From an uncultured Chloroflexia bacterium (lineage in GTDB: Bacteria > Chloroflexota > Anaerolineae > JAAYZQ01), in the NCBI GenBank assembly GCA_963749455.1, contig CAVVMX010000043.1, positions 201,758-233,757 of the forward strand: a stretch of 32,000 nucleotides of DNA, in the 5' to 3' direction. Below are positions 21,601-30,787 of this stretch, piece by piece. The first letter of the stretch is position 1. Each line of letters opens with the position of its first letter. The notes below the pieces were generated by a model. It was not told the origin of the DNA, did not search any database, and saw only the letters and a list, made by a program, of their open reading frames with translations. The translations under genes were made by a program, and so were the position numbers.

Positions 21601-23816
21601 TCCTGAACCTGATCATGAACAAGGTGGTCGAGATCCTGGACGTAGAGGCCGGATCGCTGCTCCTGTTGGACGAGGAATCGGGCGACCTGGTCTTCCAGGT
21701 GGCCCTGGGCGGTCCCGGCAGCCAGGTGCTGGCCGGCCACCACCACCCACTGGGCAAAGGGATCGCCGGCCACGTGGCGCAGAGCGGCCAGGCAGAGATT
21801 GTCAACGACGTGCAGGCCGATCCCCGTTGGAACCGGGACGTGGACAAGGACACCGGGCTGGCCACCCGCAGCATCCTGTGCGTGCCGATGCTCAGCCGCG
21901 ACCGGGTGATCGGCGTGATCGAGGCGATCAACCATCGCGATGGCACCCCCTTCCAGCAGAGTGAGTGCCGACCTGCTCGTCGCCTTTGCCGGCCAGGCCG
22001 CCGTCAGCCATCGAAAACGCCCGCCTCTACACCATGACCGACCAGGCGCTGGCCCGCCGCGTCGAAGAGCTGTCGACCATGCAGCGCATCGACCGGGAGC
22101 TGAATGCGGCCCTCGATTTTGACCGCGTCATGGACATGACCCTCGAGTGGGCGCTGCGCGGCACGGGGGCGACCGTGGGCGTGATCGGACTGCACGACGC
22201 CAGCCGGCAGGGCATGTTGCTCCTGGCCAGCCGCGGGGTTCCCTGCCGAGCATGAACGGCACGAGCGCGAACCGTGGCCCCTCGACCGGGGTATCGCCGG
22301 GCGGGTGATCCGCACCGGCGAGCCGGCCCTGATCGACGACGTAAGCCAGGACCCCGACTATTACCCCGCCCTGGCCGACACCCGCTCCCAGCTCACCGTC
22401 CCCATCCGCCGCGAAGGCGCGGTCGTCGGCGTCATCGACGTCGAGAGCCCCAAGGTGGGCGCCTTTGACGACGAGCACCTGGCCTTTATCCGCCGCCTGG
22501 CCGACCACGCCGCCGTCGCCATCGAGAACGCCCGGCTGTACCGGGAGACGCAGCAGCGGTTGAGGGAGCTGAGCGCGCTGTTCGACACCAGCGCCGCCCT
22601 GTCCACCACCCTGAATGTGGACGAGGTGCTGCACATCATCGCCCGGCAGGTGACGGCCATTCTGGACGCCGACGGCTGCGCCATCTCGACCTGGGATCGG
22701 GAGCAGGATGCCCTGGTGACGATGCTCGACTATGGCCGAGATCAGCCAGACCCCGGGCTATGCGGCGGCCGACCCGCCGGGCACCGTCTACCCGCTGGCC
22801 GACTACCCGGCCTCGCGCCAGGTGCTGGAACGCCGCCAGCCGCTCGCCGTCCGGGTCAGCGATCCGGACGCCGACCCGGCCGAGGTGCGCTTGATGCAGG
22901 AACAGGGCGTCCAGCACCTGCTGATGGTGCCGATGATCGTCCGCGACGAGGTGGTCGGCATGTTGGAGCCGGTGCAGATCCACGAGGACCGGGCCTTCAC
23001 CCCGACCGAGATCGGCCTGGTCCAGACGCTGGCCAACCAGGCCGCCGCCGCCTTGGAGAACGCCCGCCTGTACGAAGGGGTGGCCCAGGCCAACCAGGCC
23101 AAGTCAGAGTTCATCGACTTTGTGGCCCACGAGCTGAAACAGCCGATGACCTCGATGCAGGGCTACGCCCGGCTGCTGACCATGGGCATCGGCGGCGAGC
23201 TGGCCCCCATGCAGACCCAGTTCGTGCAGGTTATCACCTCCAACGTGGATCGCATGGGCAAGCTGGTCAACGACCTGCTCGAGATCTCGCGCCTCGAGGC
23301 GGGCCGCACCACGCTCAGGCTGGAGCCGGTCCATCTGCGCGAGGTGATCGACGAGACGTTGGTCAACACCCGCACCGAGATCGAGGCCCGCCACCACACC
23401 CTGGAGGTGACCGTCCCCGACGACCTGCCGCCGGTGATGGGCGACCGGGAGCGGCTGGTGCAGATCATGACCAACCTGGTGAGCAACGCCTACAAATACA
23501 CGCCCGAAGGCGGCATCATCCGCATCGCCGTCCTCTCTGCGATCGGGCGCGACGAGGGCGCGGTCAGGAAGTGCCGCCCGGCCACCTGCTGGTCAGCGTC
23601 AGCGACACCGGCATCGGCATGTCGCCGCAGGAGCTGGACGGCCTTCAGGAAAAGTTCTTCCGCGCCGACCAGACCTTGGTTCGCGAGCAGCCGGGCACCG
23701 GCCTGGGCGTGTCGATCACCCGCGGCCTGGTGGCGCTGCACGGCGGCGAGCTCGTCGTCGAGAGCGAGGTCGGTAAGGGGACCACCTTCGGCTTTACCGT
23801 CCCGATGGCGGCCTAG
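18638..23816 (+). CDS. Giant membrane sensor histidine kinase: PDZ-like region, multi-pass membrane domain, 5-6 tandem GAF domains, then HisKA and HATPase_c; about 11 frame changes
   Basis: The protein can be followed through ORFs 18638.., 19020.., 19300.., 19475.., 20163.., 20465.., 21195.., 21965.., 22305.. and 22732... Hydrophobic helices span 19050-19950. There are repeated GAF endings (..AAIALRNAQLF, ..AAAAIERIGLY, ..AAVAIENARLY twice, ..AAAALENARLY). The H-box reads SEFIDFVAHELKQPMTSM, the N-box NLVSNAYKYTPEGG, and the G-boxes SDTGIGM and GTGLGVSI. Confidence 0.85.
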
Positions 23817-23928
23817 AGAGCTTTTATTGTGAGGGGGATTCGTATCCCTCAACTTGTTGCGGTGTTCTCACCCCTAGTAACGTCCCATCTGCGTGGTGAC
23901 TACCCGCAAACCAGAACGGGAGGTGGAC

Positions 23929-24779
23929 ATGGAACAGACGGTCAGGATCGTAACGGACAGCGGGGGTGACCTGCCGCTCCAACTGCGGCAGGAATACGAC
24001 ATCGAATCCGTTCCACTGACTGTGCACTTTGGGGCAGAGGTCTATCGCGATGGGGAGCTGACGGTGGACGAGTTCTGGGAGAAGGCTGCCGGCCCCCATC
24101 ACCCCCAGACCTCCCAACCTCCGGTGGGTGCCTACGAAGAGGTGTTTGAGCGGTTGGTTGCCCTCGGCAAGCAGGTGCTGTGCGTGACGATCACCGGCAA
24201 GCACAGCGGCACCTTCAACGCCGCGCACCTGGCTGCCCAACGCTTCGGCGAGGCAGTGACCGTCTTTGATTCCCTGTCCCTCTCCCTTGGCGAGGGGGTA
24301 CAGGCCCTGGTCGCGGCCGAGGCGGCGCGAGCCGGGCGCTCTATGGCAGAGATCCTTGCTCTGTTGGAGAGACCTGCGAACCCGGATGCGGCTGCTGATC
24401 GTGCTGGACACACTGGAGAACCTGCGGCGCGGCGGACGGGCAGCCGCATTCATCGCCGTCGCCGACCGGATGGCGCGAGCGCTCAACATCAAGGTCATGA
24501 TCAACCTTGAAGAGGGTCAACTGCGGCTGTCAGGCGCAGCTCGCTCCTTCAAGGGCGCGTTGGCTCGGGTGCTGGGCATGGTCGAGCAGATGGGACCTCT
24601 CGATCACCTGGCCGTGGTCCACACCCGCAACCTGCCGACTGCACAACAGGTGGCCGACGCAGTTGGCGCAGCGCATCGGTTTCCCCCGAGAGCGCATCTG
24701 GCTGCGAGAGACGGAGGGCGTGCTGGCCGTCCATGCCGGGCCGGGCGTCATCGGGATCATGGCCGTGCCCAGCAAGTAG
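23929..24779 (+). CDS. DegV-family fatty-acid-binding protein; 2 frame changes (~24375, ~24660)
   Basis: MEQTVRIVTDSGGDLP...VDEFWEK...HPQTSQPPVGAYEEVF...VLCVTITGKHSGTFNAA comes from ORF 23893... It is followed by RLLIVLDTLENLRRGGR (ORF 24266..) and GVLAVHAGPGVIGIMAV (ORF 24507..24779). A GGGAGG RBS is present. Confidence 0.8.
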
Positions 24780-24859
24780 CCTGCCTACCGGACGCCCTGA
24801 CCATCCCCAGGGGTCTCAGTAGACACCCAGGCAAACCGGGGTTATCTGTGCGGGCCGGC

Positions 24860-25078
24860 TCAGTCCTCTTCTTCGTGGTACTTGAACGACACCTTCACCT
24901 TCGTCCGATAGGCGACGATCTTCCCGTCCTCGATCTGCATGTCCATCTCGACGACCTCGGCGATGCGCAGGTCCTTCAGCGTTTTCATGGCCGTCTCGAC
25001 GGCGGCCACCGCCGCTTTCTCCCACGACTCGGTGCTGGTCCCGATCAGCTCGATCACTTTGTAGACACTTTCTGCCAT
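24860..25078 (-). CDS. Dodecin (small flavin-binding protein); intact
   Basis: The full sequence is MAESVYKVIELIGTSTESWEKAAVAAVETAMKTLKDLRIAEVVEMDMQIEDGKIVAYRTKVKVSFKYHEEED*. The ATG at 25078 follows GGAGAGGG. The longer ORF-track start at 25120 lies inside the upstream hairpin. Confidence 0.8.
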   Translation of the reverse strand: MAESVYKVIELIGTSTESWEKAAVAAVETAMKTLKDLRIAEVVEMDMQIEDGKIVAYRTKVKVSFKYHEEED

Positions 25079-25101
25079 TTCCCTCTCCTTTCGCTGTAGG
25101 G

Positions 25102-25139
25102 GATCATCCATACCCGGCACATGCCGGGTAAGGATGATC
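25102..25139. promoter_or_regulatory. Long near-perfect palindrome or hairpin between the dodecin promoter and its RBS, and downstream of the trpB2 stop
   Basis: gatcatccatacccggca / ca / tgccgggtaaggatgatc gives 18-nt arms with 17 of 18 positions paired and a 2-nt loop. There is no U-tract on either side. Confidence 0.5.
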
Positions 25140-25142
25140 GGT

Positions 25143-25170
25143 ATTATACCACACTCTGCGGTGTAGTCAA
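25143..25170 (-). promoter_or_regulatory. Extended -10 promoter of dodecin
   Basis: The minus strand reads TTGACT (25170-25165), a 16-nt spacer ending in TGg, then TATAAT (25148-25143). The 13-mer agtgtggtataat is shared with the dnaE promoter (14208-14221). Confidence 0.55.
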
Positions 25171-25198
25171 TGGGCTTGCAGCCGTGGTGTGATTGAGC

Positions 25199-26583
25199 CT
25201 ACCCGACCTTCGGCAGGTGCTCCAGCGCCTCCTCGATCTCGTCCTGGGGATGCTCGTGATTGGTCAGCTTGCCGGCCAGGTAGCTGTCGTAGGCGCCCAG
25301 GTCGAAGTGGCCGTGGCCGCTCAGGTTGAACAGGATCACCCGCTTTTCGCCCGCCTCCTTGGCCTCCAGCGCCTCGTCGATCGCCGCCCGGATGGCGTGC
25401 GCCGATTCGGGCGCCGGGATGATGCCCTTCGGTCGCGCGCGAACTGCATCGCCGCCTCGAACACCGGGTTCTGCATGGTACGGCCACGCGCCTCGATATA
25501 GCCCGCGTCGTACAGGGCGGACACAGGCGGGCGCCATGCCGTGGTAGCGCAGCCCGCCGGCGTGGATGCCGGCCGGCACGAAGGTGTGGCCCAGGGTGTA
25601 CATCTTGACCAGCGGCGTCAGCTGGGCCGTGTCGCCAAAGTCGTAGGCATAGACGCCCTCGGGTCAGCGACGGGCAGGCGGTCGGCTCGACGGCCACGAA
25701 GCGCGTCTTCGCTGCCCGTTGACAAGCTTTTCGCGCAGGAAGGGGAAGGCGATCCCGGCAAAGTTGCAGCCGCCGCCCACGCAGCCGATGACCACGTCGG
25801 GCTACTCGCCGGCCATCTCCATCTGCTCGCAGCGCCTCCTGGCCGATGACCGTCTGGTGCAGCAGCACGTGGTTGAGCACGCTGCCCAGCGAGTACTTGG
25901 TGTCGCCGCCGCTGGTGGCCGCCACCTCGACCGCCTCGCTGATGGCGATGCCCAGGCTGCCGGGCGAGTCGGGATCCTCGGCCAGGATGCTGCGGCCCGC
26001 CTCGGTCTCGTCGCTGGGGCTGGCCGACACCGTCGCGCCCCACGTCTGCATCATCGAGCGGCGGTAGGGCTTTTGCTGGTAGCTGACCTTGACCATGAAG
26101 ACCTTGCACTCCAGGCCGAACAAGTTGGCAGGCCAAGGCCAGCGCCGAGCCCCACTGCCCGGCGCCGGTCTCGGTGGCAGATCCGCTTGACGCCTTCCTG
26201 CTTGTTGTAGAAGGCCTGCGCCACGGCGGTGTTGGGCTTGTGGCTGCCGGCCGGGCTGACGCCCTCGTACTTGTAGTAGATGTGGGCCGGCGTGTCCAGC
26301 ACCTTTTCCAGGCGGCGCGCGCGGACCAGCGGCGTGGGCCGCCACAGCTTGTACACCTCGCGCACCGGCTCCGGGATCTCGATGTACGCGCTCGGTGCTC
26401 ACCTCCTGCGCGATCAGCGCCATCGGAAAGAGCGGCGCCAGGTCGTCCGGGCCGATCGGCTGGCCGGTGCCGGGGTGCAGCACCGGCGGCAAAGGTCACC
26501 GGCACGTCGGCCGTAATGTTGTACCACGCCTTTGGGATACGATCTTCGGACAGTGTTATGCGGTTGTTGCCATTGCGACTCAT
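25199..26583 (-). CDS. trpB: TrpB2-type tryptophan synthase beta-like PLP enzyme; about 8 frame changes
   Basis: The protein reads in order [61 protein letters not shown] and [54 protein letters not shown]. It continues [47 protein letters not shown], then [33 protein letters not shown] and [18 protein letters not shown]...NLSGHGHFD. These come from ORFs 25618.., 25167.., 26051.., 25336.. and 25199... Confidence 0.85.
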
Positions 26584-26669
26584 CTTCGTTTTCTCCTTCT
26601 TTGGTATTTTGGATCATTCCATTTTGACTGACTTGTCAATCACAGACCTGAGCTTGCACGTCGGCCGCG

Positions 26670-27715
<1,046 letters not shown>

Positions 27716-27716
27716 T

Positions 27717-27759
27717 CAAAAACAAAAAGACGCCCACCCTCATCAGAGGGCGAGCGTCT
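27717..27759 (-). terminator. T-box expression-platform terminator
   Basis: The minus strand reads AGACGCUCGCCCUC-UGAU-GAGGGUGGGCGUCU, a 14-bp stem including two G-U pairs, followed by UUUUUGUUUUU. It lies 19 nt upstream of the trpS ATG. Confidence 0.8.
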
Positions 27760-27816
27760 CTATGCCATGCACAGACACCCGTGGTGCCACCTCACTTAGG
27801 CCGGCTGCATCGCTCC

Positions 27817-27845
27817 AAAAAAAAATCCGCCGGTGACGGCGGATT
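27817..27845 (-). terminator. Second terminator-like hairpin with a U9 run inside the T-box leader, at the Stem III position
   Basis: The minus strand reads AAUCCGCCG-UCAC-CGGCGGAUU followed by further U residues, giving a run of nine U in total. It lies ~25 nt upstream of the T-box conserved sequence. Confidence 0.5.
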
Positions 27846-28092
27846 GGACACAGGCCAGCCTCACTCTGTGCAGGTACAGCCTCCTCGAAAGGAAGCGATA
27901 CCCTCAGCCCTGATAACGGTGGCGTCTCCGGCCCGGACTACTGACCCCGGTGGGGTGTTCGGCGGGCGACTCCCAGGCCCATTCACCGCCGGCGCTGGTA
28001 TCGGGTTTCCACCACCCCCCGACTCTCTGAACCTCGCTTCGGCGACTACTATTCCTGATCGCAGTCGTTGCTCTATTCACTTTGTGGGCGAG

Positions 28093-28121
28093 ACAATACC
28101 ACAACTCGCCAAATCTGTCAA
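28093..28121 (-). promoter_or_regulatory. Sigma70-type promoter of the T-box/trpS transcript
   Basis: The minus strand reads TTGACA (28121-28116), a 17-nt spacer, then TATTGT (28098-28093). It overlaps the annotated 3' end of trxA. Confidence 0.55.
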
Positions 28122-28484
28122 ATCGGGGATCGTCCCCTTGCAGGCCGCCTAAGACGCTCGGCCAGGTGGGGCATGATCTTGGACAGCAGCTCGGCCTTGG
28201 TCATCAAGCCCACGATCCGTTCCACCGCCTCCCCGTTCTTAAAGACGATCAACGTCGGGATGCTCATCACGTCGTACTGCAGCGCCGTTTGGGCATTTTG
28301 GTCCACGTCCAGCTTGGCCACCTGGAGCTTGTCCTGGTATTCTGCCGCGATCTCGTCCACAAGCGGGGCGATCATCTTGCACGGCATGCACCATACCGCC
28401 CAAAAGTCTACACAACGTCGGCAGTTCTGCCTTGAGCACGGTCTCTTCAAAGGTCGCATCGGTCACTTCAATCGGCTTGGTCAT
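28118..28484 (-). CDS. trxA: Thioredoxin; one frame change near 28400, C-terminal end uncertain
   Basis: MTKPIEVTDATFEETVLKAELPTL comes from ORF 28239..28628. ORF 28118..28459 continues VDFWAVWCMPCKMIAPLVDEIAAEY...MSIPTLIVFKNGE. The CxxC site is WCMPC. The 14-aa tail after ..KIMPHL may be a frame artefact, with an alternative TAG at 28149-28151. A GGAGAA RBS is present. Confidence 0.85.
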
Positions 28485-28507
28485 GATCTGGGTTCTCCTG
28501 GATTGGT

Positions 28508-28801
28508 TCAAAATCTCGCTTCGGGTGTCTCTGCCGCTGCCATCGGGAGCGAAAAGCGGGAAAAGACCAGCTCCAACACGCGGCCCATCCGCTCGCGGGC
28601 CAATTCGCCGTCGGTGGTCAGCACACAATCCTGGACAAAGTTGTCGGCGATGAGCAGGCCGACCCTGTCCAGGGCAGCACGGACGGCCATCAGTTGGGTC
28701 AGGATCGCCTCGCAGTCGCGCTGCTCCTCGATCATCCGCTGCAGGCCCCGCACCTGGCCCTCGACCCGCCTCAAGCGGTTGGTGATCTCTCCGGCTTCCA
28801 T
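28508..28801 (-). CDS. CsoR/CstR-family (DUF156) transcriptional repressor; intact, 97 aa
   Basis: MEAGEITNRLRRVEGQVRGLQRMIEEQRDCEAILTQLMAVRAALDRVGLLIADNFVQDCV... shows the typical RL.RIEGQ.RG.. helix and the two Cys positions. By my alignment the His four residues before the second Cys in Cu-sensing CsoR is Phe here. The ORF-track start at 28873 would run through its own promoter and operator. Confidence 0.8.
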   Translation of the reverse strand: MEAGEITNRLRRVEGQVRGLQRMIEEQRDCEAILTQLMAVRAALDRVGLLIADNFVQDCVLTTDGELARERMGRVLELVFSRFSLPMAAAETPEARF

Positions 28802-28820
28802 CCTTGCATCCTTTCCCTGG

Positions 28821-28837
28821 ATACCCCCTATGGGTAC
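28821..28837. promoter_or_regulatory. CsoR-type operator
   Basis: The minus strand reads GTACCC-ATAGG-GGGTAT, that is TACCC-N5-GGGTA. This is the same 5-5-5 layout as the B. subtilis copZA operator TACCCTACGGGGGTA as I recall it. It lies between the -10 and the csoR-like ATG. Confidence 0.65.
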
Positions 28838-28844
28838 GCGCCCG

Positions 28845-28873
28845 ATCTTACCCGCTTTGTCTCGATTTGTCAA
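28845..28873 (-). promoter_or_regulatory. Sigma70-type promoter of the csoR-like/trxA operon
   Basis: The minus strand reads TTGACA (28873-28868), a 17-nt spacer, then TAAGAT (28850-28845). Confidence 0.55.
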
Positions 28874-29978
28874 AGCGCAGGGGTTGGGAAGGAGTCCTGA
28901 ACTGGCCGGCCCTCCTGCTCGTCGCCAGGCGCAGGCCGGGCACGACGTCCAGGTCCCAGCCGGACCGCTCGCCGGCCTGGAAGCGGAAGAACCCGGCGGT
29001 GGCGACGATGGCGGCGTTGTCGGTGCACAGCTCCAGCGGCGGACAGCGCACCGGCACCGGGCTGTTGCGCACCATCTCGGCCCGCAAAAGCTCGTTGGCC
29101 GCCACGCCGCCGGCCAACAACACGGTCTTCGGCAGCGAGATCCTGGGCCGCCTGCACCGTCTTGGTCACCAGGACATCGATCACGGCCGCCTGGAAGCCG
29201 GCCGCCAGGTCGGCCACCGGCAGCATCCGCATCAACAGCGGTTGGAGCGCCGGCTCGCCCGCTGTTTTGCCGGCCTGGCAGGCCCTCGTCCTCCGGGCTG
29301 GTACTTCTGCACGATCTGCAGCACCGCCGTCTTGAGCCCCGAAAAGCTGAAATCGTAACTGCCCGGCAGCCAGGCGCGGGGCAGCTTGAACGCCGCCGGC
29401 GAGCCGCCGCGGGCTGCCCTCTGGATGCTCGGCCCGCCGGGATAGGGCAGGCCCAGCAGCCGCCCCACCTTGTCGAACGCCTCGCCGGCTGCGTCGTCCA
29501 GCGTGCCGCCCAGGCGGCGATACTGGCCGTGCCCGGTCATCCAGATCAGCTCGCTGTGCCCGCCAGACACGACCAGGCAGACCAGCGGAAACTCGGGCGG
29601 CGGCCCGTCGGCCAGCCAGTTGCCGTAGATGTGCGCCTCGATGTGGTTGATGCCCACCAGCGGCAGCCCACGTCCCCAGGCCAGCCCCTTGGCGGCGTTG
29701 ACCCCCACCAGCAGCGAGCCGGCCAGACCGGGGCCGTGGGTCACGGCGACCGCGTCCAGGTTGTCCCAGTCGGCCTCCGCATCGACCATGGCCTGGTCGA
29801 TCACCGGCAGGATGCTCAGCACATGCTGCCGCGAGGCCACCTCGGGGAACACGCCGCCGTAGCGTTGGTGGATGTCGATCTGTGACACGACGACGTTGCT
29901 GCGGATGGTCTGCCCATCGGCGACCACCGCTGCGGCTGTTTCGTCACACGACGTTTCGATGCCCAGGATCAGGGTCAT
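28848..29978 (-). CDS. tsaD: tRNA N6-adenosine threonylcarbamoyltransferase TsaD; about 3 frame changes, 3' end uncertain
   Basis: [19 protein letters not shown]...[11 protein letters not shown]...[15 protein letters not shown]...[20 protein letters not shown]...[24 protein letters not shown] comes from ORF 29232..29978. It continues [19 protein letters not shown] (ORF 28870..) and [13 protein letters not shown]...CTDNAAIVA (ORF 28848..). The apparent tail overlaps the csoR promoter, so the true stop may be earlier. Confidence 0.9.
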
Positions 29979-29996
29979 AACGGCCTCTCAAACGAA

Positions 29997-30515
29997 TCAG
30001 CCGAGCGCCTTCGCCACGGCCAGCGCCTTGTCATAGTCGGGATGCTGGGCGACTTCGGGCACATACTCGGCGTAGCGGACGATCCCTTCTTTGTCGATCA
30101 CAAAGATCGCCCGCTGCTCCATGCGCAGCTCCTTGATGTGCGTGCCGTAAGCGTTGCCAAAGCTCATCAGCCGGTGGTCGCTGAGGGTGATCACCCCGTC
30201 GATGCCGGACGCGCCGCACCAGCGCTTCTGGGCGAACGGCAGGTCGACGCTGATCGTCAGCACCACCGCGTCGGGGCCCAGGTCGGCTGCCGCCTGGTTG
30301 AAGCGATGGGTCTGTAGATCGCAGAGGCCGGTGTCGAGCGAATAGACGACGCTGATCAGCCGCAGCTTGCCGGCATAATCGTCGAGCGATACGGTGCTGC
30401 CGTCGTTGGCCACGAGGGTGGCATTCGGCGCCTTGTCGCCGGCCTCGAGCTTGGGGCCGATGACGGTCATAGGCTCACCCTTGAGGGTAACGGCTGCGTA
30501 ACGTTCGATGGTCAT
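29997..30515 (-). CDS. tpx: Thiol peroxidase Tpx (atypical 2-Cys peroxiredoxin); intact, 172 aa
   Basis: MTIERYAAVTLKGEPMTVIGPKLEAGDKAPNATL...LISVVYSLDTGLCDLQTHRFN carries the peroxidatic Cys, and ...AQKRWCGA the resolving Cys. GGAGG lies 4 nt before the ATG at 30515. The longer ORF-track N-terminus runs through the promoter. Confidence 0.9.
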   Translation of the reverse strand: MTIERYAAVTLKGEPMTVIGPKLEAGDKAPNATLVANDGSTVSLDDYAGKLRLISVVYSLDTGLCDLQTHRFNQAAADLGPDAVVLTISVDLPFAQKRWCGASGIDGVITLSDHRLMSFGNAYGTHIKELRMEQRAIFVIDKEGIVRYAEYVPEVAQHPDYDKALAVAKALG

Positions 30516-30545
30516 GGGACCTCCTGACGGATCTGTGTCCCCTCC

Positions 30546-30574
30546 ATTATAATAGACGGCTCCCCTGGCGTCAA
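30546..30574 (-). promoter_or_regulatory. Sigma70-type promoter of tpx-tsaD
   Basis: The minus strand reads TTGACG (30574-30569), a 17-nt spacer, then TATAAT (30551-30546). Confidence 0.65.
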
Positions 30575-30600
30575 TTGGAGACCAGACCGTTGTGAGTCGA

Positions 30601-30629
30601 TTGACGAAATCCCAGGCCTGTGATATAGT
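30601..30629 (+). promoter_or_regulatory. Sigma70-type promoter of the aldo-keto reductase gene, giving a ~150-nt leader
   Basis: TTGACG (30601-30606), a 17-nt spacer, then TATAGT (30624-30629). It is divergent from and back-to-back with the tpx promoter. Confidence 0.6.
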
Positions 30630-30787
30630 TGGCATATCTCCGGCCATGGAAGCCGTCCGCTGCGGCGGCGACCTGCGCAACCTGGGCGGAAGCGGCCCGC
30701 AGGAGATAACGTTTCTCTGCCCCGACGGCGCCGTGCTGTTCAGGCTCACCGCCGAGCAGAGGCCCGAATAACATACAGGAGGAACCC

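Noticed and set aside
23817-23928. Kinase/DegV intergenic region, examined for a terminator or small RNA
   Set aside because: There is only a weak GAGGG/CCCTC stem without a U-tract, and no convincing promoter hexamers. That is not enough to call a feature.
26624-26639. TTGAC-N6-GTCAA inverted repeat between trpS and trpB2, considered as an internal promoter or operator
   Set aside because: The TTGACA on the minus strand has no acceptable -10 at 16-18 nt (it reads TGATCC or ATGATC). The 5-bp arms are too short to be meaningful on their own. Co-transcription with trpS is the simpler reading.
28068-29885. 605-aa plus-strand ORF
   Set aside because: It is antisense to trxA, the csoR-like gene and tsaD, all of which have clear motifs on the minus strand. 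Its sequence is low-complexity and Arg/Pro/Gly/Ala-rich.
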